This document shows, in pieces, positions 21,651-30,922 of a stretch of DNA of 39,061 nt. The notes below the pieces were generated by a model, which saw only the letters and a list, made by a program, of their open reading frames with translations, had not been told where the DNA came from and did no database searches. The DNA is from a virus (Duplodnaviria > Caudoviricetes). Both the position numbers and the translations under genes were made by a program. The stretch spans positions 1 to 39,061 of the IMG/VR virus record IMGVR_UViG_3300020045_009867; one strand, 5' to 3'. Every line of letters begins with the position of its first letter. Position 1 is the first letter of the stretch.

Positions 21651-21824
21651 ATGAAAGACCTGGGAGGTAAAATAGTAGAAAGCCCGCTCAGGTGGGCGTG
21701 TCCGATGTGCGGGAACAGTTCTAAATTTATTGAAAAGGTGGTTCGCCTCGTCGCGGCGGTGAAGAATTCGCAGAACGACCCGCTGGGGCTGGCGAAAGAA
21801 ATAGGAGAGTGGCCCGATGAATGA
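21651..21824 (+). CDS. Small hypothetical protein (CxxC)
   Basis: GAGGAG RBS; CPMC. Confidence 0.5.
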   Translation: MKDLGGKIVESPLRWACPMCGNSSKFIEKVVRLVAAVKNSQNDPLGLAKEIGEWPDE

Positions 21825-22050
21825 CCTATCAGCACCACACGCCCACTGTTGGGTAATCAAGCGCGAGAAAAACCGATACGTGCCATGCTCGCACCCGATG
21901 AAACTATGCGACTATTGCGGCGTTGCGGCTGGGTATGGCGTTGTTTTTCCTTACAACAAGCCGACCAGGGCAAAGCCATTTTCGGAATCATGGCTGGACG
22001 CTATTGAGCGCATAGGCAAAGAAACATTGGAGGGAGAAAAAAATGGCTGA
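21817..22050 (+). CDS. Small Cys/His hypothetical protein
   Basis: Overlapping coupled ORF with AGGAG RBS. Confidence 0.5.
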   Translation: MNDLSAPHAHCWVIKREKNRYVPCSHPMKLCDYCGVAAGYGVVFPYNKPTRAKPFSESWLDAIERIGKETLEGEKNG

Positions 22051-22270
22051 GTTCGGACTCCTGCCAAAAATGGCGAACGAGTTCTACAAATGCAAGCGCA
22101 TGGCCGAGACATTGCCCGAGTATTGGTTTTCACGCTTGTCGGCAGCTATGATATGGGATTGCACTCTCCACACGGCAAGCTATAAGCTCGCGGCGTTGGA
22201 AGATATCGGTATGGTAGAAAAACGGAAGCGCGGGCGGTGTTCAGAGTATAGGTTGGTTTGCAGAGATTAA
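22043..22270 (+). CDS. Small winged-helix DNA-binding protein
   Basis: TASYKLAALEDIGMVEKRKRGRCSEYRL resembles the ArsR-type helix and wing. Confidence 0.55.
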   Translation: MAEFGLLPKMANEFYKCKRMAETLPEYWFSRLSAAMIWDCTLHTASYKLAALEDIGMVEKRKRGRCSEYRLVCRD

Positions 22271-22295
22271 AAAAGCCCCCGGTTTCCCGAGGGCG
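22269..22295 (-). terminator. Rho-independent terminator at the end of the late/lysis transcript
   Basis: GCCCTCGG-GAAA-CCGGGGGC-TTTTTT on the minus strand at a convergent junction. Confidence 0.8.
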
Positions 22296-22423
22296 CAAAT
22301 GAGAGGATCTGAGAGGATACTGAAATCAATCGAATTTAAAATCAAACGTCGCGGCCCACTCGCCGCGATTGTTTTTCCCAAGGCGCATTTCTGTCCTTCC
22401 CGCTTTGACAGGAGGCGACCAGG

Positions 22424-22831
22424 TTAGCGGGGCTTCAAAGGTGCTTCCTTCTGGTCGCCAGTTGTAGGGAGCGAGATAGGCCCGATCTTGTTTTTGGCCG
22501 AGATGAAATACCCAGTAACTTCAGAAACGGCCTCGATATATTTTCCATTGTCGACCAGCCATTCAAAGTTTTTCAGCTTCTTCTGAAGCTCTTCGAGTTT
22601 CTGTTGTCCGGTCAGGTTCAGCACCTTAGCCTCACACAACCAATCAATAGCCTGGCTGTATTTCGCAGAGGCCCAGGTGAGTTTTTCGGCGGCATTGTCC
22701 CATCCGTCTTTGACTGGGTCTTTCTTCGCCTTCGCTTCGACGAAACGGGCCAGGCTCCAAAGCAAGAACGAAAGACCAATCAAAATGTAATGGAAATTGT
22801 CAATGAGCGGTTGAATTGAGATTAGAGACAT
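22424..22831 (-). CDS. Putative holin-like membrane protein
   Basis: Single N-terminal TM segment followed by a helical domain; near the endolysin. Confidence 0.5.
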   Translation of the reverse strand: MSLISIQPLIDNFHYILIGLSFLLWSLARFVEAKAKKDPVKDGWDNAAEKLTWASAKYSQAIDWLCEAKVLNLTGQQKLEELQKKLKNFEWLVDNGKYIEAVSEVTGYFISAKNKIGPISLPTTGDQKEAPLKPR

Positions 22832-23054
22832 AACAGAGGATCCTTTCTTGCATTTTTGAAATCTTTGGTTTTTCTTCCGGAACAACCAGGAGCGTCACCA
22901 TTCCAGGGCGCGGGGTTCTTCTCCGTTCTCGATACTCCCGGTATTCCCTGATTTCCTTCGCGGCCTGATTGCTTTCCTTGAAGTAACAAGCCAGGCAGAC
23001 CCGCCCGGCAAACATTTCTTTTTTCAATCCACACAGAGCGCACGTTTCTTTCAA
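22800..23054 (-). CDS. Hypothetical protein (CxxC...CxxC)
   Basis: Fills the gap between the endolysin and the holin-like gene; TTGA overlap. Confidence 0.4.
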   Translation of the reverse strand: MKETCALCGLKKEMFAGRVCLACYFKESNQAAKEIREYREYRERRRTPRPGMVTLLVVPEEKPKISKMQERILCYVSNLNSTAH

Positions 23055-23443
23055 GGAAGCTCAAAATGTGGGGAGTCCTTGAGCTTCCCTTTCCACTCGC
23101 CACCCCATTTCAAGCCTAGTTCTTTCCCGATGATCGCTAGGCGCAGATAAAGGTCTTTCGAGGCCCACATGGCTTTTCCCTTTACCAGCGGAACACAATC
23201 AAAAGCCTTAGCCGCAGGAATACCCCCAGTGGTGTTATTGTGGAGGCTATGCCCTCCCCGACAGTTGGTAATGATGCTTCCCGGCTTCGTCCTGCCTTGC
23301 GAGTAAAGTTCATCTTGTTCTGCTGAACTGCGAAAGGTGCAGTAAATCAATACGTCAATGCCCTCGCTCTTGGCCCGTTTCAAAAACTGTTCAGCCAGGA
23401 ATTTCAGTGGAGGGGTCAGGTCGTCAAGAGAGCGGGAGGCCAT
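23051..23443 (-). CDS. Endolysin, M15-family (L-Ala-D-Glu-type) peptidase
   Basis: TFRSSAEQDELYSQGRT, SLHN, AFD, LKWGGEW and DSPHFEL. Confidence 0.9.
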   Translation of the reverse strand: MASRSLDDLTPPLKFLAEQFLKRAKSEGIDVLIYCTFRSSAEQDELYSQGRTKPGSIITNCRGGHSLHNNTTGGIPAAKAFDCVPLVKGKAMWASKDLYLRLAIIGKELGLKWGGEWKGKLKDSPHFELP

Positions 23444-23658
23444 TATTCATCATCCTCATAGATTTCTTTCGCCCTGTCCGGATTCTGCTTGGCGCAAATG
23501 TCCTGCAAAACTTTCAACTTTCTAAAGCCCTTTTCGGCCCTTCGGATGAGCAGACGGAGCTTGAGCAGGACCAAGGATAAGACAAGACTGAGCGCAAGAT
23601 TCGGCCACGGGCTTGACGCAACCAGCTTTGTTAGTTCCACGACTTCTTGCAGAGTCAT
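23443..23658 (-). CDS. Small membrane protein, putative holin/antiholin
   Basis: One TM segment plus basic stretch; immediately upstream of the endolysin. Confidence 0.55.
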   Translation of the reverse strand: MTLQEVVELTKLVASSPWPNLALSLVLSLVLLKLRLLIRRAEKGFRKLKVLQDICAKQNPDRAKEIYEDDE

Positions 23659-23726
23659 TGTTTATGCTCCTGGTTTCATAGAGTATCGCCACTCCGAGGG
23701 CTAAATTCAAGAGTGAAATCATGGTG

Positions 23727-24287
23727 TCACCTCCCGAATATCTTCCTTATAATTTTACCACACCAGGCATACACCCTGGCTATTTTCGTGCGTCCATCGA
23801 CCCCGATTTCATAGGCCGAATTTGTCGGGCCACCCCGCGAGTATACCGCTTTGAATTGTTCATGCGAGAATTGCCTGACCGAGCCGTCACCCCATTCCAT
23901 CTGCACGTAACCATCACGAAGTTGGTTGCCCGTCTTTACGGTTTCCCACCATGTGAGTATGGCCCAATGCTGATTCAGCCAGTCTTCCGGCAGAAGAGTT
24001 TTCGGATCGTCCTTCCCATGAAGCAGGACAACAGTTTTCCCGTTCGCGCACTCCCCCCGGAGGATTTGCGACTCATCAACGATACGCCACGGGACTTGCA
24101 GCTCATCAAGTGCCCTTTTGTGAGCCGCAAAGTTGTCGAGGATGTCAGCCCGGATATCCCCCGTCTCCCGCCACCCCATCAAAGCCTGAATCTCCGCACG
24201 ACTTCGCGGGAATCCGGCGTTGTCGAGGGCGGCTTCGAGGCATAGAAGCCCACATGCGCGGGAGCCTTTGGGGAGGAGGTATTTCAC
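23727..24287 (-). CDS. Putative C39-like cysteine peptidase
   Basis: ACGLLCL (catalytic Cys candidate), QHWAIL (His), downstream WGDG and FSHEQF. Confidence 0.5.
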   Translation of the reverse strand: MKYLLPKGSRACGLLCLEAALDNAGFPRSRAEIQALMGWRETGDIRADILDNFAAHKRALDELQVPWRIVDESQILRGECANGKTVVLLHGKDDPKTLLPEDWLNQHWAILTWWETVKTGNQLRDGYVQMEWGDGSVRQFSHEQFKAVYSRGGPTNSAYEIGVDGRTKIARVYAWCGKIIRKIFGR

Positions 24288-24796
24288 AATATCCTTACAA
24301 TCTTGATACTTGCATAGGCTCTTGTGCCTGACCCGGTGTCATTAAGATAATTCGCCATGTAAAAATAATCTCCGGCTTCTAATTCTAGGATGATCGTCAT
24401 GTATGCCGAGCACACTGACGACCCTTCGGGAAAAGATGCCCCGTGTGCCACCCAAAAAGTAGCCAGGTCTGCAACCCCCGGAGAAGAGTTTTTAAGCGGT
24501 GCGACAATTAAATTTTTCCCAACATTGCTTGAGCAACGGTTACGATAAACAACTAGAATCCTCTGTTTTGTCGAGGAGGTAAATTTACCCGTTGAAACGT
24601 CAAATTCTCCATTCCTGTCAATGGCCTCAACAAGATCGGTGTCTGCTGTCCAGGTTGCGTTTGAATAAGTTACGTTGGCAGTTTTGGATGCCTCAACCAG
24701 AAGGGTATACGGATAAACATCTGTAAACCCCACGCACCACCCGCTCACCGCCACCAACAGGAACGCGATTACCAGCAGTTTTTTCATGTTGTTCAT
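24284..24796 (-). CDS. C1q/TNF-like beta-sandwich protein with signal-peptide-like N-terminus
   Basis: MKKLLVIAFLLVAVSG; DRNGEFDVSTGKFT and IILELEAGDY C1q-like motifs. Confidence 0.6.
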   Translation of the reverse strand: MNNMKKLLVIAFLLVAVSGWCVGFTDVYPYTLLVEASKTANVTYSNATWTADTDLVEAIDRNGEFDVSTGKFTSSTKQRILVVYRNRCSSNVGKNLIVAPLKNSSPGVADLATFWVAHGASFPEGSSVCSAYMTIILELEAGDYFYMANYLNDTGSGTRAYASIKIVRIL

Positions 24797-24841
24797 TATT
24801 TTGCCTCCAATTTCCAGGTAGGGCCTTTCTGACCCATACCG

Positions 24842-25822
24842 CTAAAATCCACCGATCCGAAGGGATTTGACCTGCCAAAGCGATGTAATCGGGCCGCTTG
24901 CAAGGAGCCGAAACTGGCCGCCTGCATACGAAGGCGCTATCCCTGTAAGGGTTTCGCTTGCGATGAAGCTCTCGGTAATGGTGCTCCCGATTCCGTCCAG
25001 ATTATTTCCGATTCCGATAGTTGTGAAAGCCCCTCTCAGACGATACACCCCGGCTGATGGACTGGCAACCTGCTTCACGTTCACGACGGCCTCCCAAAAA
25101 TAGCTCATGGAAGCGGTCGGGGTGAGCGCAGTCACCGCGGCGTCTAGGGGGAGAAGGACGGAAGATGAACCAGCGGCGAATTCTAGGGAGTTGCCTTGAT
25201 AGGAAATCCAGCCACCCGAAGCTACGTTCTGTGAAATTGTGGTGGTAAAAGAACCTGATCCACCGCCTATGGGCTGGTATGACGCGCTTGCCGCTTCCTG
25301 TGAGAGAAAAGTTGACGAGGCGACTGATTGAAAAACGAACGTCCCGGTTGCGGATGATTGCGATAAAAAAGAAGCCGAAGCGGCTGCAGCGGGAAGGTAA
25401 GTCGCCGAGGCTTCGGATTGCGCGAGAAAGGCACCGCTTGCCACGCTCTGAAGAAGGAAAGCAGCAGAAGCGTCTGAAGGTGTGAGGAAAGTGGACGAAG
25501 CCACGGATTGAAGCAGGAAAGCAGCAGAAGCGTCGGCAGGGGTCAAAAAGGTTGTAGAAGCGACGGCCTGAAGAAGATAGGAAGCCGAAGCAATCGAAGC
25601 CTGAAGGAACGTCCCAGAGGCGACAGATTGAAGAAGATACGAGGCTGAAGCGATGGAGGCCGGGAGGTATATTGTGCTCGCCTCGGCGCGAGGAAGTGCG
25701 TCAAGCGCAAGCGATTTTGTTACCGGGTCGGTCCCGCCCGGATTAGAATCAAGCTCTCCGAAAACTGCCGTGATTGCAAGTGAGGCAATCAGCAGGGCAA
25801 GTGCAAGTATTTTTCTGTTCAT
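24842..25822 (-). CDS. Fibre-like protein with signal-peptide-like N-terminus and 10-aa repeats
   Basis: MNRKILALALLIASLAITAVFG; about 13 (F/Y)LxxxxASxx repeats; beta-rich C-terminal domain. Confidence 0.7.
   Translation of the reverse strand: MNRKILALALLIASLAITAVFGELDSNPGGTDPVTKSLALDALPRAEASTIYLPASIASASYLLQSVASGTFLQASIASASYLLQAVASTTFLTPADASAAFLLQSVASSTFLTPSDASAAFLLQSVASGAFLAQSEASATYLPAAAASASFLSQSSATGTFVFQSVASSTFLSQEAASASYQPIGGGSGSFTTTISQNVASGGWISYQGNSLEFAAGSSSVLLPLDAAVTALTPTASMSYFWEAVVNVKQVASPSAGVYRLRGAFTTIGIGNNLDGIGSTITESFIASETLTGIAPSYAGGQFRLLASGPITSLWQVKSLRIGGF
25280..25669 (-). repeat. Degenerate 30-nt (10-aa) tandem repeat, about 13 units
   Basis: YLPASIASAS, YLLQSVASGT, FLQASIASAS ... 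FLSQEAASAS. Confidence 0.85.
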
Positions 25823-25828
25823 GGGATT

Positions 25829-26443
25829 TTACCTCCCGACCTGGTAAACAACACCGTAAGTTTCCGAGGCCCCTGTCTTGATTGCCAAGATGCTTGTCGG
25901 CGTGACAGAGCTTTTGAAGCCGTTCGGAAGCTCTGGCATATTGGCTTCAAATGTGGTCGTCCCTGTCATCACCTGAAATGTTCCCGTTGCATAAATCGAA
26001 ATGGCCCTGGTGTTGGCCATCATTGGTATTTGATATGCCGAGCTGGTGATCAATACGACAATGGTTTGGGACGAACTACCAAGAAATTCATCGGTGAAAA
26101 ATGGGGAAGTGTTCGTATTCACGGTTTGAGAGCCGACGTTCACTAAAACCCTTTGGGCTGAATCAATCCTTGCCGGGCTTGTGGCATCGGAAGAATCTTC
26201 ATACACCGGGCCAGCTTGCGCGTTTACTGTGACAGAGCCAATCGAAAACCCGGCAATGTCAACCGGGAGCCTTTGCCCCGCCGAGGCTGTTACTGCGATC
26301 GGACCACGGTATCCATCATGGAAAAACAATGAGGGAATTCCATTCACATAGGCCGGGAAAGTAGCTGGTGAAGTTGCCACGGACTGAGCAAAAATCGAAA
26401 TCGGAAAAAGAATCAACACCAAAACAAAAATAATTTTCTTCAT
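25829..26443 (-). CDS. Ser/Thr-rich protein with signal-peptide-like N-terminus
   Basis: MKKIIFVLVLILFPISIFA|QS; AAGGGG RBS. Confidence 0.7.
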   Translation of the reverse strand: MKKIIFVLVLILFPISIFAQSVATSPATFPAYVNGIPSLFFHDGYRGPIAVTASAGQRLPVDIAGFSIGSVTVNAQAGPVYEDSSDATSPARIDSAQRVLVNVGSQTVNTNTSPFFTDEFLGSSSQTIVVLITSSAYQIPMMANTRAISIYATGTFQVMTGTTTFEANMPELPNGFKSSVTPTSILAIKTGASETYGVVYQVGR

Positions 26444-26453
26444 GAATTCCCCC

Positions 26454-27839
26454 TTAAAATAAATGCCAATTTGAACCATCAGAAATCATTTTGTAATATT
26501 GATATGGAGCGGATAGCGTCCTGGTTGAAGAACCGTCTATTGTGTTTGATCCTGATGCGACGATATAAATGGTATTTGGGAGTGTCGTTGTAATCAATTT
26601 AAAATGAAAAATATGCGCCGTTGATGACCCAGCAGGAGGCAGCAAGAAAGAAAAAGTTGCTGCGGCAGAGTCTCCAAGGAGATAATCATCGGATATGGTT
26701 GCGGCATATGTCGCCACTTTAGTGCTAATGGTAGCAACGGCACTAGACGAAATTATTGATCCAACGGAAGCAACCTTTTCAGACCCGCCATTGATATAAA
26801 CATCTGAAGCAACAGAGGCTATACCAAAAACTTCAAACACATTTCCAGAAAATCTGCCAGATAAAACCGGATCACCGGTTTGAGGATCAAGACAATAAAT
26901 ATCAATAGTCGAACTCCCACCAAGGATTAGCTTTGATTCAACATTTTTAACATCTGCATTCCCTGCCAGAATAGGATCATCAAAGGTTGAAGGATACGCG
27001 CCAATCACAATAGAAGATCCTGACGCATTTATCACGAAGATGGCGGCCGCCTCTGTTCCTGTGCTGTCATTCTTGACCTGGAGCATAACATCATTATCGT
27101 TGGAGTCCTTAAAGAAATAACCAACAGATGCGTTTAGAGCGCCCTGATAATTGGGAAAAAAGCCTGCTGATAAGTTCCATGATGTCGATCCAGCGTCATA
27201 GATCAAAGTTTGGCCATGGAGCGGCGTCGCAGAAGAAACGTCCACACCTTGTATCTGAACAGCATTAGCAGAATCAGACCCGACCGGAATATCCCATGAA
27301 TAGCTAGGAGGGTCTTCAATTTCAACCTTGAGAAATTTGCCGATTTTTGCCGTAGTTGTCGGCACATCATAGAGAAATTGAAAAGCAAAAGAAGCGTTGT
27401 TTGGTTGTCCTGATCCTGAAGCCGCAGAAGGGGGGAGAGGAACCCAGGCATTCGATGCCACGATATAGGTTAGAACGTTGCCATCATCAGGTGTGGTGGT
27501 AGCAATATCCTCACCTTGTAACTGAGTCGCATTGATTGCTCCCGATGGGCTTGTTCCAACCTGCGCCCATGCCCCAGATTGAAGACGATAAAGCAAGGGC
27601 GATGTTGTCGCCAGTATGAAAAGATCCCCGGTTGCCGCTGATCCAACAGCGGGCAGAGCCGCGCCCGAAGCAATGACAGGCTGAGCCCATGAAGCCACAC
27701 CATTCCATGAGCGATTCGTCAGAGTCGGGTAAATGTCGCTCGCTCCCAGGCTCGAAACGATGAAAATAATAATCACGGCAACCATCCCCAGGACGGTGCC
27801 AAGTTCGAAACGATCTGAGTTTTTGAACCAGCTCATCAT
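26454..27839 (-). CDS. Tail fibre-like protein with N-terminal hydrophobic segment
   Basis: Two copies of NAxQxQGxD....P..G..L.Y....W; C-terminal fibre-type domain ending ISDGSNW; ATGA coupling at 27839. Confidence 0.65.
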   Translation of the reverse strand: MMSWFKNSDRFELGTVLGMVAVIIIFIVSSLGASDIYPTLTNRSWNGVASWAQPVIASGAALPAVGSAATGDLFILATTSPLLYRLQSGAWAQVGTSPSGAINATQLQGEDIATTTPDDGNVLTYIVASNAWVPLPPSAASGSGQPNNASFAFQFLYDVPTTTAKIGKFLKVEIEDPPSYSWDIPVGSDSANAVQIQGVDVSSATPLHGQTLIYDAGSTSWNLSAGFFPNYQGALNASVGYFFKDSNDNDVMLQVKNDSTGTEAAAIFVINASGSSIVIGAYPSTFDDPILAGNADVKNVESKLILGGSSTIDIYCLDPQTGDPVLSGRFSGNVFEVFGIASVASDVYINGGSEKVASVGSIISSSAVATISTKVATYAATISDDYLLGDSAAATFSFLLPPAGSSTAHIFHFKLITTTLPNTIYIVASGSNTIDGSSTRTLSAPYQYYKMISDGSNWHLF

Positions 27840-28141
27840 AGGCTTTTCACCGGCACAATTCGATAATAAAATTTCTTTCCATAGGTGGCTCCTGAGTTGT
27901 AAATGATGCACGATCCAAGCGACTTCACCGGGTATAACTCCCCTGACCCGGCATTAAACTCCTGCCACCAGAAGCAGACGCCATAGTCATCTACGGAGGC
28001 ATAGGCAGAAGTGAAAGTAACCGTGACTCCGATTGACGCAGAGGTTCCGATACCATCATGGGTTACGATGGCGGCCCGAGTTTCATCAGCCCAGGTTTGG
28101 GTTGTTGTGTCGCCTACACTGTTCGTTTCACTCCATGCCAT
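27836..28141 (-). CDS. Small tail/fibre-associated protein
   Basis: GVTVTFTSAY beta motif; tail-module context. Confidence 0.55.
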   Translation of the reverse strand: MAWSETNSVGDTTTQTWADETRAAIVTHDGIGTSASIGVTVTFTSAYASVDDYGVCFWWQEFNAGSGELYPVKSLGSCIIYNSGATYGKKFYYRIVPVKSL

Positions 28142-28215
28142 CTAGCTTCCCCCGTTTAATTATCACCGTTTTTCTATAATAAAACAATGTATCAGCCCGT
28201 TTCAGTTCGATTATA

Positions 28216-29397
28216 TCAGGGTATGAAAACACCAGTATAAATTATCAAAACAGAGTTAGGGCACCTATAATCAGCATTCCAGATAAAAGGATTATCAAAA
28301 ACGAATGGCCTTGTCCCTGATGTGTAAATGGGGAATGTGCAAGGGAATGGCCCGGCCCCTGAAGACGAGTAACCATCCCACGTATAGGTGAAGTCTGCGC
28401 CGGAAGACTCATCAAGGATCACCTCAGCCTGGGGAAATGGCGGCACGGCGCTTGAGTTTGAAAGCGTGATTTCTACCGTGTTCCCCTGGATGATGTTCCC
28501 ATCGGCGTCCCACTCCCAAACGAAAGGATATTCGATTGAGTTGGCAATAATTCTGCCTCTGATGTAATGCGCCACTGGCCCCGGAGGTTCGGTGTTAATG
28601 TAGATTGTGACCGTTGCCTCTGATAAATCAATTCCGCTTTTTGCGAGATGGTATATGAATGAATCGACGCCCTCATACCCGTTATCGGGGATGTATGTGA
28701 ACCCGCCTGTGAGATCGAGAGAGAGCGTCCCGTGAATGGGAAGCGTATATGATCCAAGCTCGCTTGCGTTCATCGTGTCGTTTTCGAAAATTCCAGGAGG
28801 GATAATCACCAAAGTTGTATTTTTGTCGGTAGAGTATTCATCGTCAACAGCAATGGGATTTTTCGTAGATGGATCAACCCCTATAACAACCCATTCTCCC
28901 TCTGATTTTTGGTAACATAAAACTTGCTCCATGGAAGAAAAATCAGAAGATGGCTGCTCATCCCCGGCCCATTCTACCGGGAGAATTCTTGTTACCTGAT
29001 CCCAGCAGAGGACCGACAGGGAAGAATCACCAGCCGAGGCCAATGCTACGCCGGGCCGATAGATAAATTTCCTTGGGTTGTCGATGGTGATCTGAAAAAG
29101 AAAAGCGGCGGCAGGGTTGAAATCAGCAACCTCTGAAAGCGGCCTTGGCCATCTCGACGGATACCCGCCATCCGCGTCGATTACCCAAACTTCAGATGAA
29201 TCCGAAAACCTGACAAATGAACAGAGAGAACCGGAATCGAGAGAGGCGGCCCCGGCTATCCTCGCCGTGAAAGTTGTATCCCGGAAAGCAACCAGCGCCA
29301 TGCCTGACCCAGATGAAAGCACGGTTGCCGTCGATTGTGGGGTGTCGCCTTCCGGTTGGATGACAAAAGTTGGATCGAATAAAAGTGTTTCATTCAT
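28216..29397 (-). CDS. Tail protein with a bacterial Ig-like (Big_9/cadherin-like) domain
   Basis: PIAVDDEYST...GIFEND...HGTLSL...GGFTYIPDNGYEGVDSFIY...ATVTI. Confidence 0.75.
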   Translation of the reverse strand: MNETLLFDPTFVIQPEGDTPQSTATVLSSGSGMALVAFRDTTFTARIAGAASLDSGSLCSFVRFSDSSEVWVIDADGGYPSRWPRPLSEVADFNPAAAFLFQITIDNPRKFIYRPGVALASAGDSSLSVLCWDQVTRILPVEWAGDEQPSSDFSSMEQVLCYQKSEGEWVVIGVDPSTKNPIAVDDEYSTDKNTTLVIIPPGIFENDTMNASELGSYTLPIHGTLSLDLTGGFTYIPDNGYEGVDSFIYHLAKSGIDLSEATVTIYINTEPPGPVAHYIRGRIIANSIEYPFVWEWDADGNIIQGNTVEITLSNSSAVPPFPQAEVILDESSGADFTYTWDGYSSSGAGPFPCTFPIYTSGTRPFVFDNPFIWNADYRCPNSVLIIYTGVFIP

Positions 29398-29792
29398 TCG
29401 ACGTTGAACTCAACGAACGGAATCACAGAGGCATTCCCAGCGGTAGAAAATCCGACCGGAACGTTAAGCCGAAGCAGGATCGTTGTGTAATTCCCGGCAG
29501 TTGGAGGCGTAATGGCAAGCAATGTTGCCCCTCCTATGGGCGTCCACGCGCCCGCGCCTTCCTTCGCTTCAACCCATGTTTCGGTGATGGCCTCCTGCCC
29601 TTGCGCGTTTGTCCCTCCGGTATATTTCCAGTTGATCAAAGCGGCGCCGAAATTCAAAGTTGTGGGAGTGGCATCACCAGAATTGTAGACCCTGACCGTT
29701 GAAATGGTATTCATGCCAGAATCAATCACGCCGAGATTGATCTGGTCAATGTCGGCATCTCCGGTTGTTCTGATTTCAAAATTTGCGCCCAT
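29394..29792 (-). CDS. Putative minor tail protein (beta-sandwich)
   Basis: Coupled ORF in the tail operon; Thr/Gly-rich. Confidence 0.6.
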   Translation of the reverse strand: MGANFEIRTTGDADIDQINLGVIDSGMNTISTVRVYNSGDATPTTLNFGAALINWKYTGGTNAQGQEAITETWVEAKEGAGAWTPIGGATLLAITPPTAGNYTTILLRLNVPVGFSTAGNASVIPFVEFNVE

Positions 29793-30910
29793 CAGGAAAT
29801 GACCTTTCCGCGCCAGATTGACCAGAAACCATCCAGCCATCCGGCATTGTCGTCAACCTCAGTGATGAGGACGGTTGAAAATGTCCCGTCTTTTCGATAG
29901 ACGATAACAGTGTTCCCTGGCATAACAAAAGGATTCAGAGGCGTTCCACATTCAAGCCGTTCCCGCCATGAATCGGAGATGATCGAATTCCCAAGCGTGA
30001 TCATGTCCGCAACCACCGGAGGAATGGCCTTTGAGTTTATCCCAGGATGGCGCATGATCCCTTTTGCCGATTGGTCTGACGCATTCTTAACCACCCAATT
30101 CAGAGGCCCCGAGAAGGCCACTTCATTGTATCTTGACCCGGAATCAAAAAAGAAATTCTGAGCGTATTGGCCCTGTCGGTAAAACGTCCACCCGCTTGAT
30201 GGGACGGTCGAATAATCCGAAAGAATCGTTTGACCTGACGGGTTCATGAAGATGGACGTCAGGCGCTTTGCAGACGCAAGAGAATTGATGAAAGTTCGGG
30301 CAGTTGCAAACTGATTCGGCGTTAAAGCCACAACGGAGAAATCGACAAATGAGCCCGTAACCGGAGAAAAACCCCAATAGGCCAACTCTGCATTGATCAT
30401 TGAAAGCGCGGAATTCCCGGTATATCCTGCCTCCGAAAAAGCCTTCGGGATTGATTGCGTCATCTTGTATCCAAGGTCGTAAGCCGTGATCGTGTAATAG
30501 CCTCCGACAAGCTCCTGCGGGTGGTCTATGTCCTCTACCTTTCCCCGGAATCTTTCTACGGTGAAAACTGTCCCGTCGGAAAGAGTGTATGAAATACTGA
30601 TGGATACTACGCTTTCGCTTTCCTCGATCCCGGAAATGAGGTCGGCAGAGTTCGTCATATTGAACCGGCACCACGAGGCAGAACCGTTTGAAACAAGGTG
30701 GATTTCAACATCCGAAAGGTTTGATGTGTAATCAACCCCGCCGATGGTGATAGTTGCCGATGGTGAAAGGTGGGTCGGGTCAGCCTGGGAAAAAGCATCT
30801 ACAAGCGATTGCGGGCAAAGGCTGAAATTAAGCGGGAATCCGGCTCTCTTTATTCCCCATTTATCGAGCCCCCAGATTCCGGTTCCCCAAACGCCTGAAT
30901 AAATTGTCAT
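29792..30910 (-). CDS. Putative tail hub/baseplate protein
   Basis: Second gene after the tape measure; FRGKVED...TITAYD and NPFVMPGNTV patterns. Confidence 0.6.
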   Translation of the reverse strand: MTIYSGVWGTGIWGLDKWGIKRAGFPLNFSLCPQSLVDAFSQADPTHLSPSATITIGGVDYTSNLSDVEIHLVSNGSASWCRFNMTNSADLISGIEESESVVSISISYTLSDGTVFTVERFRGKVEDIDHPQELVGGYYTITAYDLGYKMTQSIPKAFSEAGYTGNSALSMINAELAYWGFSPVTGSFVDFSVVALTPNQFATARTFINSLASAKRLTSIFMNPSGQTILSDYSTVPSSGWTFYRQGQYAQNFFFDSGSRYNEVAFSGPLNWVVKNASDQSAKGIMRHPGINSKAIPPVVADMITLGNSIISDSWRERLECGTPLNPFVMPGNTVIVYRKDGTFSTVLITEVDDNAGWLDGFWSIWRGKVIS

Positions 30911-30922
30911 CTTCCGGCCTCA

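Noticed and set aside
22327-22520. Alternative-frame extension or spanin-like ORF behind the holin-like gene, ending WAATFDFKFD
   Set aside because: No convincing start, lipobox or proper slippery site; too short to support
24284-29397. Diversity-generating retroelement or invertible fibre cassette
   Set aside because: No reverse transcriptase, invertase, TR/VR pair or flanking inverted repeats seen
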